Assembly (NCBI RefSeq): GCF_006345805.1
Contig: NC_042998.1
Coordinates: 161,820,001-161,884,000 of the forward strand
From: Octopus sinensis
Lineage: Eukaryota
Length of the DNA stretch: 64,000 nt
Reading direction: 5' to 3'
The position numbers and the translations under genes were made by a program. Under the pieces are notes generated by a model, which worked only from the letters and a program-made list of their open reading frames with translations, was not told where the DNA came from and did not search any database. Below are positions 39,478 through 53,039 of the stretch, one piece after another (position 1 is the first letter of the stretch; every line of letters begins with the position of its first letter).

Positions 39478-39638
39478 AAGGGGTGTCTGTGTGGTAAGTA
39501 GCTTGCTTACGAACCACATGGTTCTGGGTTCAATCCCACTGCATGGCACCTTGGGCAAGTGTCTTCTGTTATAGTCTCAGGGTGACCAAAGCCTTGTGAG
39601 TAGATTTGGTAGACGGAAACTGAAAGAAGCCCGTCGTA

Positions 39639-39685
<47 letters not shown>

Positions 39686-39905
39686 TTTTGCATCTGTGTT
39701 TGTCCCCCCAACATCGCTTGAAACCGATACTAGTGTGTTTATGTCCCTGTAAACTTAGCAGTTTGGCAAAAGAGACCGTTAGAATAAGTACTAGGCTTAC
39801 AAAAAATAAGTCCTGGGGGCGATTTGCTCGACTAAAGGCAGTGCTCCAGCATGGCCACAGTCAAATGACTGAAACCAGTAAGAAGAGTAAAAAGAGTAAA
39901 GAGTA
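39478..39905 (+). mobile_element. SINE family A nested in an older SINE B
   Basis: Full copy; SINE B remnants at ~39415-39470 and ~39910-40010. Confidence 0.92.
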
Positions 39906-40042
39906 ATAATGTAAACACCAGTCAAGTCCTAGAGTACTATATCCTTCAAGAATACATTCAATATAGTCGACTCTATTCTTGAAAACATGCCTCAGGTTGG
40001 AACAAAAATCCATATTACTTTGCCATTATTATATTATCAATT

Positions 40043-40256
40043 AAGGTAGCAAGCTGGCAAGAACGTTAGCACACCAAACAAAATGCTTAACAGCATTTCG
40101 TCTGTCTTTACATTGAGTTCAAATTATGCTGAGGTCAGCTTTGCCTCTCATCCTTCCAGGGTTGATAAAATCAGTACCAGTTAGGCACTTGGGTCAATGT
40201 AATTGACTAGCCCTCTTCCCCAAAATTTCAGGTTTTGTGCCTTTAGTAGAAAGGAT
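40043..40256 (+). mobile_element. SINE family B
   Basis: Head 'aggtagcaagctggcaagaacgttagcac', 'gagttcaaatt', tail 'gtgcctttagtagaaagg'. Confidence 0.88.
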
Positions 40257-40409
40257 TATTATGTTATTAATTATAAGTTAGAGCTACATTTTATCAGGGT
40301 TCTTGAAGGAAAGAAATGACACAACAAAGTGGTAGCAGATGCTTAGCAAAGCAAAAGCTAATTTTGTTGTAGTAATGCACAATGTGTTAGTCTATGAATT
40401 ATTTTTAGT

Positions 40410-40650
40410 AGGCAGAGGCATGGCTGTGTGGTTAAGAAGCTTGATTCTTAATCATATGGTCTTCAGTTCAGTCCCACTGCACAGCATTTTGGACAAGTGC
40501 CTTCTACTCTAGACCCAAGCTATCTTGCTGGGAAACAGTTGAGTGTTAGTGACAGGAAAGGCATCTGGCAATAGAAAATCTGCCTTGACTAATGTGATCC
40601 GACCCATGCAAGCATGGAAAAGTGGTGGCTAAATGATGATGATGATGATG
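40410..40650 (+). mobile_element. SINE with family-A head and RTE-type (GAT)n tail
   Basis: Head as in 62320; tail 'caggaaaggcatc...gacccatgcaagcatggaaaagt...aaatgatgatg'. Confidence 0.75.
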
Positions 40651-41074
40651 TTAGTTAATCTTCCATACAGAAGTGCTTAAAACTTCAGGTGAGATAATGA
40701 CAAACAGTAAAAAAATATTTGATGTGGTTAGAACAAAAGAATATGTAAAGGCAAATCAGGTAAAGGAAGACATAACACGAAACTTAAAAAAGGAAAAGCA
40801 GAGTAATGACAGGAAAAATACCTCATAAGATAGCAAGTTAATTAACACCAAAAACAATGAAATGTCTGTAAAATTGAAGTAAAAGCTGGGAAAGCTATCA
40901 CTGACAGAGCAGAAAAAAAAAATTAGCAATAGTGGACTATGAATCCATTTGACCTATTTAGCAAAGAAATATATACAGGTAATTATCATTTTAAGCTGTG
41001 TATATTTGCCCCTTGTTTTAAAGAAGCTGATATTAAAAGCTGTGGAAGTTGGTGTTGGGAAGTAAAGCATGAGA

Positions 41075-42138
41075 CATCATCATCATCATCATCATCATTT
41101 AGCGTCCGTTTTCCATGCTAGCATGGGTTGGACGGTTCTACTGGGGTCTGTGAAGCCAGAAGGCTTCATCAGGCCCAGTCAAATCTGGCAGTGTTTCTAC
41201 GGCTGGATGCCCTTCCTAACGCCAACCACTCCGTGAGTGTAGTGGGTGCTTTTTACGTGCCACCCGCACTGGTGCCAGACAGAGCTGGCAAACGGCCACG
41301 AACGGATGGTGCCTTTTATGTGCCACCGGCACGAGGGCCAGGCGAGGCTGGCAACGGACACGAAACGGGGCGGTGCTGGCAACGGTCGCGAAACGGAAAG
41401 TTCTCTTACATGCCACCGGCACTGGTAACACATCTGCAATTTCCATTGATCGATTTCGATTCTGATCCTCACTTGCCTCAATGGGTCTTCACAAGCAGAG
41501 TTTCGACATGCCACCGGCACTGGTAGCACATCCGCAATTTCCATTGATCGATTTCGATTCTGATCCTCACTTGCCTCAACACGTCTTCACAAGTAGAGTT
41601 TTGTGTCCCAAGAAGGGAAGGTATGCATACGTAGACTGGCTCCATCCCATATAGAAGGCCACGGGTTGTGGACTCACTTGTCCTGCCGGGTCTTCTCGCG
41701 CACAGCACACTTCCAGAGGTCTCGGTCTCTAGTCATTTCCTCAGTGAGACCTAAAGTTCGAAGGTCGTGCTTCACCACCTCGTCCCAGGTTTTCCTGGGT
41801 CTGCCTCTTCCACAGGTTCCCTCAATCGCTAGGGTGTGGCACTTTTTCACACAACTATCTTCATCCATTCTCGCCACATGACCATACCAGCGCAAACGTC
41901 TCTCTTGCACACCACAACTGATGCTTCTTAGGTCCAGCTTTTCTCTCAAGGTACTTACACTCTGCCGAGTGTGAGTACCGGCATTACACATCCATCGGAG
42001 CATACTGGCTTCATTTCTAGCGAGCTTACGCATATCCTCAGCAGTCACGGCCCATGTTTCACTGCCATGTAGCATGGCTGTTCGTACACACGCATCATAC
42101 AGTCTGCCTTTCACTCTGTGCGAGAGGCCTTTTGTCAT
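41075..42138 (-). mobile_element. Young 5'-truncated RTE LINE (intact ORF2 C-terminus 41674-42138 plus 3' UTR)
   Basis: RLYDACVRTAMLHGSETW...RRLRWYGHVARM...GRGRPRKTW; (GAT)n tail; 98-bp tandem duplication in the UTR. Confidence 0.95.
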
Positions 42139-42666
42139 AATATAAAATTTAGAAGAGGAAACATTCTAGACAAAGCAAAAAATATTAATTGGCAATATTG
42201 GACAATGAATTAACTGTATTTGAATTTCTAGTCTGACTGAACTTTTAAGCAAGCAGTGTTTAGTATATCTTCTTTAGTGCCTAAATGGTCTTGGAGCCAG
42301 CTGAATGATATATATATGTATATATATATATGCACACACATGATTGAGTAATTGTCATCATCGCTGTAATGTTCAATATTTCCTGTGTGTATGAGTTGGT
42401 CTGTGTTATTGAAGCAGATTTCTAAAGCCAGATGCTCTTCCTGTCACAGATCCTTACCTGTTTCCAAGCAAAGTAATATTTCCCCAAGGCTAGACATGTT
42501 TTCACAGAATATTGGAAATGAATGAGATTCCTTTTCAACAATCAAATGATGTTAAGACAAGGAAACACAAACACTCACATACAAACATACATACATACAT
42601 ACATACATATGTGCATGCATGCATGCATACATGCATACATACATACATACATACATACATACATAA

Positions 42667-43013
42667 AAATATACCTATGTTGAACTGTTGAGGAATTTAC
42701 AGTTACTCTATCCAGATTACAAGTTCAGGTTTATACCTGTAATTATTGGGACACTGGGATATGTAATGTACTGCCTAAATACCAATCTTGAGAAATTAGG
42801 CTTCTCAAAACCAGAAAGGAAAAAGCTGATTTGAAGACTACAGATCCAAGCCATCACTGGAACCGTAAAAATCTGTAAAACTTGCCAGAAGTTTATCATT
42901 TAAATACCTATGAGCATGTCTAGACATGACACTATATACAGATCTGCACATATGCATACACGCAAAAATACAAAAATACCATGTTGCTGATGTTGAAATA
43001 AAGCTGAACAATG
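42667..43013 (+). mobile_element. R4/Dong-like RLE LINE 3' end in a (CATA)n microsatellite
   Basis: YVELLRNLQLLYPDYKFRFIPVIIGTLGYV...LQIQAITGTVKICKT; AATAAA near the end; (CATA)n on both sides. Confidence 0.75.
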
Positions 43014-43157
43014 GCATACATACATACATGTATACATACGCATATGATGGGCTTCTTTCAGTTTCAGTCTATCAAATTCACTCACAAAGGTTTGTTTAGC
43101 AGGCCCATAATTATTATAGACGACACTTGTGAGAAAATTAAATAAGTGAAATAGGTG

Positions 43158-43318
43158 TCTAAGAAACCCCTCACTTTTCCACAGATGAAGGCTACCACTA
43201 AAAGCTCATAACTTGTCCTTCCTCAGTTTATAAACTGAGGAAGGACAAGTTATAAAGGTTTTGGTTATGAGGTTTTAGTGGTAGCCTTCATTTGTGTAAA
43301 AATGAGGGGTTTCTTAGA
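43158..43318. repeat. 161-bp palindrome with a perfect 46-bp core
   Basis: ataacttgtccttcctcagttta|taaactgaggaaggacaagttat plus ~50-bp outer arms. Confidence 0.95.
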
Positions 43319-44430
43319 AAGTTATATGAGTCCCTTTATGAGGAAATGAGGGAACAATTGAGGGAGGAGATAGCAAACTCATCACATAGGTAAAGGTGCT
43401 ACAGCAATGTCTAAAATTGGACTGATGTAAAACTGCAAGAAACAGAAATAAACAAATCCAAGTATTACATTATTCAATGTGCTTTCCTTTTTTAAAAGTT
43501 TTGTGTCATTTGAGCAGATTTGACCTGTTGTTTCTAGCAGTTATAGCTACCTTATAAAGGCATTCTCAGTGGTTTGACATTTAAAAGCAAAAGGGTTAAA
43601 ACTATATGGTGAGTGCAAACAGAAAAAGAAAAAGCAAAGCATGAGGAGATTCAGAAGTCTGTAACAATAATTGAATCAATGTCTTCTGTTTGAAACCATA
43701 CAAAGTTATTTATTTGACAATCCAATCTGGGTCACATTGAATGTAATGCATCAGGGTATCAACTAAAACCATGTAGGCTGGGTTTGATTCTTTTATATGT
43801 TCTTTGCATATAGTGTAAATACATAGATGTGTTAAATGTTCAGTTATGGATTAATCTTTATAGAATTATTGATTTAAGTAATAAATAGGTTTTAGAATAA
43901 TTCAGTTATACAATTCTATTAACTTTAGTAAATCTAGATGGGAAAGCAGTTTAATTCTAATATTTTAGTGAAATTGTTTCCTGCAGCATTTTAGTTTGAT
44001 AAATGAGTTGAAAGCTATGAAAATATCCTGATTTAAAAATCTGATCTGAGACTCAAGTATTAAAGGTTAATAGGATATGGTAATCACATATCTGCTGTCA
44101 TTTGTGCAGTAAAATTATTGTGTGAAATATTGATTCAGTAATTAGCCCTGAAGTCAACCATAGCTGGATATAATATTTAAACTCCAAGCTATTAAGGCCA
44201 AACAGGATATCATTTATCTAGTCCAAACATTTTTAAGCACTATGTTGTGGTAAACTTGTGTACATATTATGATCAACCAGTGTGCTGTGAATTTTTGAGG
44301 AGAGATAGAAAATTTCATATGTTGAAAACTTGCATTTTTTTAAATAGCACATGTACATTTTTTTGCAGTAAAGTGTGATATGTGTTTCTGCCTCTGTTTT
44401 AAAATAATTATAATACATTGTTTTAATATA

Positions 44431-45338
44431 TTGGGTCATCCCCTAAATAATGTGGGTCTTTTTTACTTCTTTTATTTTTCAAAATTAAGATAAACAAAGT
44501 TCTTTTTTAATATACTCTCCTTCATTTTCTACAATGCTCTTCCATCTATCTGTTAGACTTGCAAGGCCCCTCTTCCAAAATTCACTTGTCCATGACAAAA
44601 AATACTCCTCCAGTACTGTTCTGTCCTTGTCTACAGAATTCATATTTTTTCCATCCAAATGATTTTGAAGATTGTGGAATAAATAATAATCACATGGGGT
44701 AATGTCCAGCAAATATAGTGCATGGGGCATCGTTTCCCATTCAAACTTCTTCAGCCCTTGGAATTCATCCCCATTGCATGTGGCCAAACATTATCCTGAT
44801 GAAAGAACACCTTTCGTCTTGAAACCAAGAATGGTCGTTTTTCTTCTAGTGCAGGTGTCGATGAATGATTGAACGACCAAATCCAACTTTCTCTACTCAA
44901 CAGTTACGATGGGATTTTGTTCCACTAGGGTTTGAAGGATATTCTCGTCAAGCTCTACAGATCTTCCAGGACAAGTCTCATCTTCTCAGCTGTAGTTTTG
45001 GGCTCGGAATTTCTGGAACCACTCTTGACATTGGCTTATGCTTATTGTCCAGTCCCCATATACTGCATTAATATTCCTCAAACGTACAATTGCATTGCTG
45101 CCATTAGTGAACTCATAAAGTAAAATATACCGAATATGCTCCTTTGTCACTTCCATTATAACTTTGAAAAAATAACTGTTAAAATCGAACTGTACCCTTC
45201 AAAATTTGCACTAAGAATAAGCCAAGGTAAAATTACTACCTGCTTTTATAGCAAGCTGATGCAAGTAAATTTATCCCATCCCCTCTGACTTTTAGTTCAT
45301 GCAATTGATAAAACTGCATTATTTATGGAATGACCCTA
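44431..45338 (-). mobile_element. Internally deleted mariner transposon
   Basis: TIRs ttgggtcatcccctaaataatg / cattatttatggaatgacccta, TA flanks; HALYLLDITPCDYYLFHNLQNHL and FWKRGLASLTDRWKSIVENEGEY. Confidence 0.93.
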
Positions 45339-45350
45339 TATATATAATAA

Positions 45351-45562
45351 AGGGGGTGAGCTGGCAGAATCATTAGCACACTGAGCAAAATGCTCAGCAG
45401 TATTTTTTGTCTGTCTTTATGTTCTCAGTTTAAATTTTGCCACAGTCAACTTTGCCTCTCGTCCTTTCAAGGTTGAGAAACTAAGTACCAGTTGAACACT
45501 GGGGTTGATGTAATTGACTTAACCTTTTCTGAAATTGCTGGCCTTGAGTCAAGATTTGAAAT
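45351..45562 (+). mobile_element. SINE family B
   Basis: Full head-to-tail match to other B copies. Confidence 0.88.
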
Positions 45563-45568
45563 CAATAT

Positions 45569-45777
45569 TCTTTTACTCTTTTACTTGTTTCAGTCTTTTG
45601 ACTGCAGACATGCTGGAACACTGCCTTTAGTCGAGCAAATCGACCCCAGGACTTATTCTTTGTAAGCCTAGTACTTATTCTATCAGTCACTTCTGCCAAA
45701 CTGCTAAGTTACAGGGATGTAAACACACTGGCATTGGTTGTCAAGCGATGTTGGGGGAAACAAACCCAGACACACAA

Positions 45778-45812
<35 letters not shown>

Positions 45813-45980
45813 CATATAAATATATACGATGGGCTTCTTTCAGTTTCCATCTACCAAGTCCACTCACAAGGCTTTGGTCGGCCTGAGGCTATAGTAGAAG
45901 ACACTTGCCCAAGGTGCCATGCAGTGGGACTGAACCCGAAACCATGCTGGTAAGCAAGCTACTTACCACACAGCCACTCC
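45569..45980 (-). mobile_element. SINE family A, young
   Basis: Reverse complement of 38050-38450. Confidence 0.93.
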
Positions 45981-47445
45981 ATACATATAATGGAACTTTT
46001 TGTAAATTGAGGGAGTGCCTAAACACTTCTCTTGCCTGATTCAATTCTGTAGACTGAAAAAAGTTGAAAATAAACTAGCCATGTCCATTTAGTTAGTGTA
46101 AACTTTTTAAACCACTCATTCTGCTTTGCATTATGTTCTAACGACAGATCTATAGTAGTTATGGAGAGTGTAACCTTGCTGTTTAACTAATACAATATAA
46201 TTTATTATTAAAACATTAAAATAAAAAAATAATCATGTAACATAACATATTTAGAATTAATATCTAAAATTATTTGAAATTCAAATCATAGTAAAAACAT
46301 ATTTGAAAATATTTAATTAATTCAATATAATTATTAACAAATAAATAAAATTACAAGCATTCAGTTTATTATTATTGTATTTTTTTAAGTGAAGATTTTG
46401 TTGTTATTTTTGAAGAATTTAAAGAGCTGTGAAGAATACCAAAATTATTCATCTTATTGAGTGTCATTGTTAGAACCAGTATAACTGATCACTCAATGAA
46501 TGCTACTGATTAGAAAATGTCATGTAATTAACACTATTTATCATTTTGAAAGTTGGATAAATAAATATTTATCCTGCATCACCATAGTTATGGAAAAATA
46601 ATTGATTTAGGAGCATAAATTCACTTGCACTGGCATGTGCCCTTAAATAAAACATATTTCCTCTACTTCTTGTAGCAAATGTACCTAAAAATATAACACT
46701 CTAATTTCATAATTGTGTGTATTTAATTATTTACATTATTTATTTTATTTATTTATTTGTTTTTAATATTTTTGCATATGAAATATGCATCTGCAATGCT
46801 ACCAAACATCCTAATATAAACGTTTTACTCTTTTACTTTTTTTAAAAAACTCCTCAGAATGAAAAGTATTCTGTGATAAACTAACTATTATAATTGTATA
46901 CTTAAAAGTTTCTGTTGTTTTGTTTGAAATTATGCTACATAAGGGGAAAATTTTAAACTATTTTAAATAATGCTATGGCTTTCAATAATTTATAATATAT
47001 TATTTTAACTTTCCCTATATTTTATCATTTTTTCCAAATATTCTAGTTGATACAGACCAAAGAAAAGCATTTAAAAATACAAAATGAGTAAAGAAAATAT
47101 ATTTTCAATACACATATGTATATCATATATATAAATGCACACCACACATGTATACACACATATATATATACACATAGAGAAGAATTCATGAACATATTTA
47201 CAAGCACAGCAAAATGAACACACTGATTGTATTTGATACAGAGATGGAGACAGAGGTATATAAGAAATAAGAAAAAGATATGTAGATGTATATAAATAAA
47301 TTTTGCTTATTGTACCATTTCGTGCATGTATATTATGAGAGTGTGTAGCAAAAGAGAGAGAGAGAGAGAGTGTGTGTGTGTAAGAGAGAGAGTTTGTGTG
47401 AATGAGAGAGAGAGAGAGAGAATGTGTGTGTGAGACAGAGAGTGA

Positions 47446-47498
<53 letters not shown>

Positions 47499-48052
47499 TA
47501 TATGTGTGTGCATGCATGTAATATTTTCTAATGTTAACACATAATTTGTTTATCTTCTGAGTGTGTTTGTGGGTGTAGTTTTATAGATTTGTAAACATAT
47601 GTGAGCATGGGCACACTTATATATGTGTGTATTTGTGTATATCTGTTTTATATATATATATATATGAATATATGTATATGCAATGCATGTGTGTATATAC
47701 ATCTATGTGCATATTCATGTGACCCTCTTGCTGATGTTTTATTTTGTTTTCATTTATTTTTCGTTTATTGTTTGTTTTTAAGTAGAGGAAAATTATGAGT
47801 AAAATTTAAGGAATCAAATGAGCTGATCAATGTGTACAAAAATATATATGCATATCCTCCGTATATGCGAATGTGTGTGCATATGCGTGTGTCTATCAAT
47901 CTCTCTCTCTCTCTATATATATATATAGATATATAAATATATATATGCATGTACATGTGTATTTGTATCTATATATATGAATATATACATACATATATAT
48001 GTGTGTGTATATATATATATATGTATATAGATAGATAGATAGATAGACACGC

Positions 48053-48083
<31 letters not shown>

Positions 48084-48739
48084 GACATACACACATACAA
48101 ACATACACACACACACACACAAACACACACACATACACACATACAAACACACACACACACACACACAAACAACTTACATGTATATGTAGGGAAAGAGATG
48201 AGAGATAGAGGAGACTGAAAAAGATTTATATCCACATGCACATGCACACACACACACACGAATATGCATTTACATACACACTAAAATCTATTGAATTTAA
48301 GTATTTTGAATTGCATGTGTTCAAAAAAATTGCATAAATATAGGTAAATTTGACGCTAAATTACAGTATTTATAAATATATGCATCTCTTGTATGTGTTT
48401 ATGGTTGTATTATAATATACACATACACATATACATATATATATATGTGCTTGAATATGTGTGTGTGAGTGAGTTGAATGATATGAGCCATTAAGTATGT
48501 GTATATAAGTATTAGTGTTTCTAATTTGAACACTTTTATATATTTGCTGTTTTACTTGGTTTAGCTGGTGCCATTTTTTCTGTGACCCTCTTGTTGGTGT
48601 TTTATTTTTGTTTACAGTGGTTTCAGTTTTCAAAATTTTTTTTTTGTTTGTTCTATTGTTTGTTCTTAAGCAAGAGGGAATCTATAGGTAAAATTTAAGG
48701 AATCAATTCAGTTGATGAATGCAAAGTTTTCTTGTATAC

Positions 48740-48786
48740 CCATAAGCATTTCAAAGAAATTTTCAGCTTTACAATCCAGGTGTTCA
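48740..48786 (-). CDS. Candidate 47-nt exon (EHLDCKAENFFEMLM)
   Basis: Long pyrimidine tract plus tag acceptor, G|gtatac donor, open frame. Confidence 0.22.
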
Positions 48787-49320
48787 CTATCAAAGACAAA
48801 AGAAAATGCGTCAACCAAAAAATAAAAATATGAAAAAAAGATAAATGGTGGAAAAGAAAAAGGGAAATGAAATATAGTAATGATAATAAAATAAAACAAT
48901 ATGGAAAAGGAAATAGAAAATATACTTTAATTTTTCTAAAAAAAATATAGTGAAACGAAAATTGTCTATTTTTTCTACAAAGAATTTTGTTTGCTCCTTG
49001 AGTGTCCTAGCTGACATTAGCCAAAATATCACCATATCTTGAATTCTATATTTCAGCAGCATTTCTAAACATTTATTTCAATGATTTTATCTTTTTAAAT
49101 TTTTCAAAGATTTTTCTTACATTTTATTGATTATTTTTTCAAGTGCTAGGTTAGTATATATGTGTATGTGTGAATAAATATCTGTTTTCTCTCACTATAC
49201 ATACACACATATATATGCATATACATACTTATCTATATTGCTATTGTATGTAGATTTATAATTTCAGTGGCATAAATCAATGAACTTTCATATGCTTGCA
49301 TGCATGTAAATATTTGTGAG

Positions 49321-49388
<68 letters not shown>

Positions 49389-49759
49389 ACTTATCTCTAA
49401 GTGTGTACCTATGTGTGTGTGTGTGTGTGTGTGAGTGTGTGTATTTATATTAAACCTAAGTTAAATGCGAAGTAGCAAAACTGTAATTTTTATTCTCTTC
49501 AGTGTGGGACTGTAAATAGACATGAATACTTGTTACCATACACTTCCAAAACTGAAAAAAATACAGATCATATTGGTATGCTTCATGGTTTAGTGACAAC
49601 TTTTCATAAGACAAATACCTGCTATTTCTCTGTTTACAAACACAGCATACTTGCATTTTAAATCAATGAAAGTCTTGGCATTAGCTAAAATGGCTAGTCT
49701 AATTGGTAGCATATACATTTATTATATGCAAGTAACTTGTAAAACACATACGATTTTGA

Positions 49760-49919
49760 TGTGTGTGTGTATATGTGTATGTATATATATATGTGCGTAT
49801 ATGTTTATAAGTATGTATATATATGTATATATATATATATAAATGTATATAAATGTATATAAATGTAGATACATGTATATAAATGTATATATATGTATAT
49901 ATGTATATATATATGTATA

Positions 49920-49963
<44 letters not shown>

Positions 49964-50017
49964 ATATACATATATGTACATGTATATATATATGTATATA
50001 TATAATATATATATAGG

Positions 50018-50052
<35 letters not shown>

Positions 50053-50123
50053 GTATATGTATATATATACATGTATATATATAAATAAATAATATATATA
50101 TATATATACATATATATATGTGC

Positions 50124-50154
<31 letters not shown>

Positions 50155-50204
50155 TGTATATATATATGTATATGTATATATATATATGCACATACATGTA
50201 TATA
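49760..50204. repeat. Long compound (TA)n/(TG)n microsatellite; similar tracts at 13100-13300, 14795-14995, 17980-18115, 30145-30367, 47900-48260, 52340-52590, 55020-55300
   Basis: Directly visible; source of the YI/CV/HT ORFs. Confidence 0.97.
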
Positions 50205-50369
50205 CACAATGGGCTTCTTTCAGTTTCTATCTATCTGATTCATTCACAAGGCTTTGGTCAGCTCAAGGCTGTAGTTGAAGGGACTTGTCCTAAGTGTCAC
50301 ACAGTGGGACTGAACCTGGAACCATGTGGTTAGGAAGCAAACTTCTTCCTGCATAGTCATGCCTGTACC
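50205..50369 (-). mobile_element. SINE family A head half
   Basis: Colinear with 45830-45980. Confidence 0.85.
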
Positions 50370-50497
50370 TATCTATAATTTTATTTTGAAACTCATTTCT
50401 GTAGATATTGTTTATCCTGTAAGTACATATTTGATATATGGTGTTATTAGTAGTTAAGTGTTAGTAATGTAAACACTGAGTTTAATAAACCTCATGA

Positions 50498-50775
50498 TGG
50501 CACGTGGCTAAGCAGGTAGAGTATTTGGCCCATGATCATAAGGTCAGGAATTCAATTCCTGGTAGTATGTTGTGTCCTTGAGCAAGACATTTTATTCCAC
50601 ATTGTTCCAGTTGACACAGGGCCAGCCTTGTCACACCAAATCTCCCTGAGAACCACATTAAGAGTATACATGTCTATGGAGTACTCAACTATTTGCACAT
50701 TAATTTCACAAGCAAGCTGTTCTGTTGATCAGATCAAGTGGAACCCTCATCATCATAACCAACAGAGTGCCAGTT
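50498..50775 (+). mobile_element. SINE with family-C head and a body shared with 63503-63610
   Basis: 'tgtgtccttgagcaagacattttattccac' followed by 'gggccagccttgtcacac...ctccctgagaaccacattaag'. Confidence 0.75.
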
Positions 50776-51619
50776 AACCAATCTCATAAATATCTGCCAA
50801 GTACATCAGATTACTTGCTTAACCCATTAAATCTGAAATTAAATTTCAAGGTTATTCTTGTAACAATGCTAAATAACTATTGAATGATATAGTTGGTATT
50901 TGCTTCAGTGAATTTGACATATCTCAATGGAAAATAGGTTCAAATAAGACATTACACAGCAAAAGATAGATTATTATATCAAGCTGCTTTTTGCAGTTAA
51001 GAGTAATGGAATTTTGAGTGGATGTAGCTGGTTTCTATAATAAAAGATTTAATTTATTTACATTATTGAAAATGTTATTCTTTGTTTTAAGCTAGTAGAT
51101 AATTGTTTAGTAGAATATTGTGTAATTTTTAAAATCTTTGTCAAGTTGCCATTAAGATTATACTGTGATGGTCATCTTAAGGTTGAAGATCTGTGATTGT
51201 TAAATTCATTTTTTTGCATTTAGTTCTAATTTAGTAAATTTTTATAATTTCAATACCAATTTATTGAATCATTTTTATTTCATAAGTGGATTTTAGGATT
51301 GGTAGAATATTGGAAAAAATACCTTGTAATATTTCCTTACACTTCTAAGCATTCTTAGTTCGAATCCTGTCTACATCAGACTTTGCTTTTTATACTATTA
51401 TCCTAGGTTAATAACATAAGCACCATTTTTAAGACTGTGCTACAGCTTGGTCACTGATCATTGCCATTGTCATTATCATTATTGTCGTCATTGTCGTTGT
51501 TGTCATCATAGTCATCATTTTAATGTCTACCATATGCTTGCATAGGTTAAGTGGAATTTGATGAAATAGATTTTCATGGTTAGATGCCCTTCCTAATGCT
51601 ATATAAATGTGTGTGTATC

Positions 51620-51808
51620 ATGATAGCTCGGTAGCCACTACACACATTTTTTTTTTCTCTCCTTGTTTCTTTTTGTGTTCCTTTCTGTGGAAGAGTGTAG
51701 GCTCGAAATGTAAAAGACTTTTTCAATTCCCAAGTGTTATACTAATATATCTGTTTGTTTTCTACACCACCTCTCTTCGTCTTTTGTTTTTTTCGTGAAT
51801 TCTCCCCC
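51620..51808 (+). mobile_element. PLE-like terminal repeat with hammerhead-like motif (51681-51716), ending at (TA)n
   Basis: cttt-CTGTGGA-a-GAGT-gtag-GCTC-GAAA-tGTA-aaag; stems I and II can both form. Confidence 0.6.
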
Positions 51809-51819
51809 TATATATATAT

Positions 51820-51884
<65 letters not shown>

Positions 51885-51931
51885 ATATATATATATGTAT
51901 GCATATGTGTATATACATATTTACATATAAG

Positions 51932-52338
51932 TGCAGGAGTGGCAGTTTGGTAAGAAGCTTGCTTTCCAACTGCATCGTTCTGGGTTCAATCCCACTGCAT
52001 GGCACCTTGGGCAAATGTTTTCTACTAAAGCCTCAGGCTGACCAAAGCCTTGTGAGTGGATTTAGTAGATGGAAACTAAAAGAAGCCCATCACATGTATA
52101 TATGTATATGAGTACATCTGTGTTTCTGTCCCTCACCATCACTTAACAACAGGTGTTGGTGTGTTTATATCTCCATAACTTAGCAGTTTGGCTAAAGAGA
52201 ATGATAAAATAAGTACCAGGCTTAAAAAATAAAAATATACTGGGGTCAATTTATTTGACTAAAATTCTTCAAAGTGGTGCCCCAGCATGGCTGCAGTCTA
52301 ATGAATGAAACAAGTTAAAACGAATAAAATAGTAAAAG
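51932..52338 (+). mobile_element. SINE family A
   Basis: Full copy. Confidence 0.9.
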
Positions 52339-52380
52339 AATATATATATATATATGCATATATATATATATATATAATAT

Positions 52381-52511
<131 letters not shown>

Positions 52512-52520
52512 ATACATATA

Positions 52521-52591
<71 letters not shown>

Positions 52592-52593
<2 letters not shown>

Positions 52594-52904
52594 GAGGTGC
52601 AATGGCCCAGTAGTTAGGGCAGTGGACTCACGGTCGTAGGATCGCGGTTTCGATTCCCAGACCGGGGCGTTGTGAGTGTTTATTGAGTGAAAGCACCTAA
52701 AGCTCTACGAGGCTCTGGCAGGGGGTGGTGGTGATCCCTGCTGTACTCTTTCGCCACAACTTTCTCTCACTCTTTCTTCTGTTGGCCTGCTCACTTAGCC
52801 AGCGGGGTGACATCATTTGAAGGCTAAAACAATGCAAAGCACATTATGACCAGCGATGTGTAGCAACATCAGATAGCCTGGTCGGTCACGGTGATCACGG
52901 TGAT
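52592..52904 (+). mobile_element. tRNA-headed SINE family D in (TA)n
   Basis: Head ggaggtgcaatggcccagtagttagggcag...ggtttcgattccc; the same head is at 63620-63816 (-). Confidence 0.88.
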
Positions 52905-53039
52905 ATATATATATATCAAATAATTGAGATACAGTTGAATTAGGTACTTAAGTTGAAGCACCAAGTCAGTCCTGTATTATCCGTGCAGTTTGAAGTAAGG
53001 TGAATAAAATCAAAATAAGCAACAGGATATCAAGAGGTG

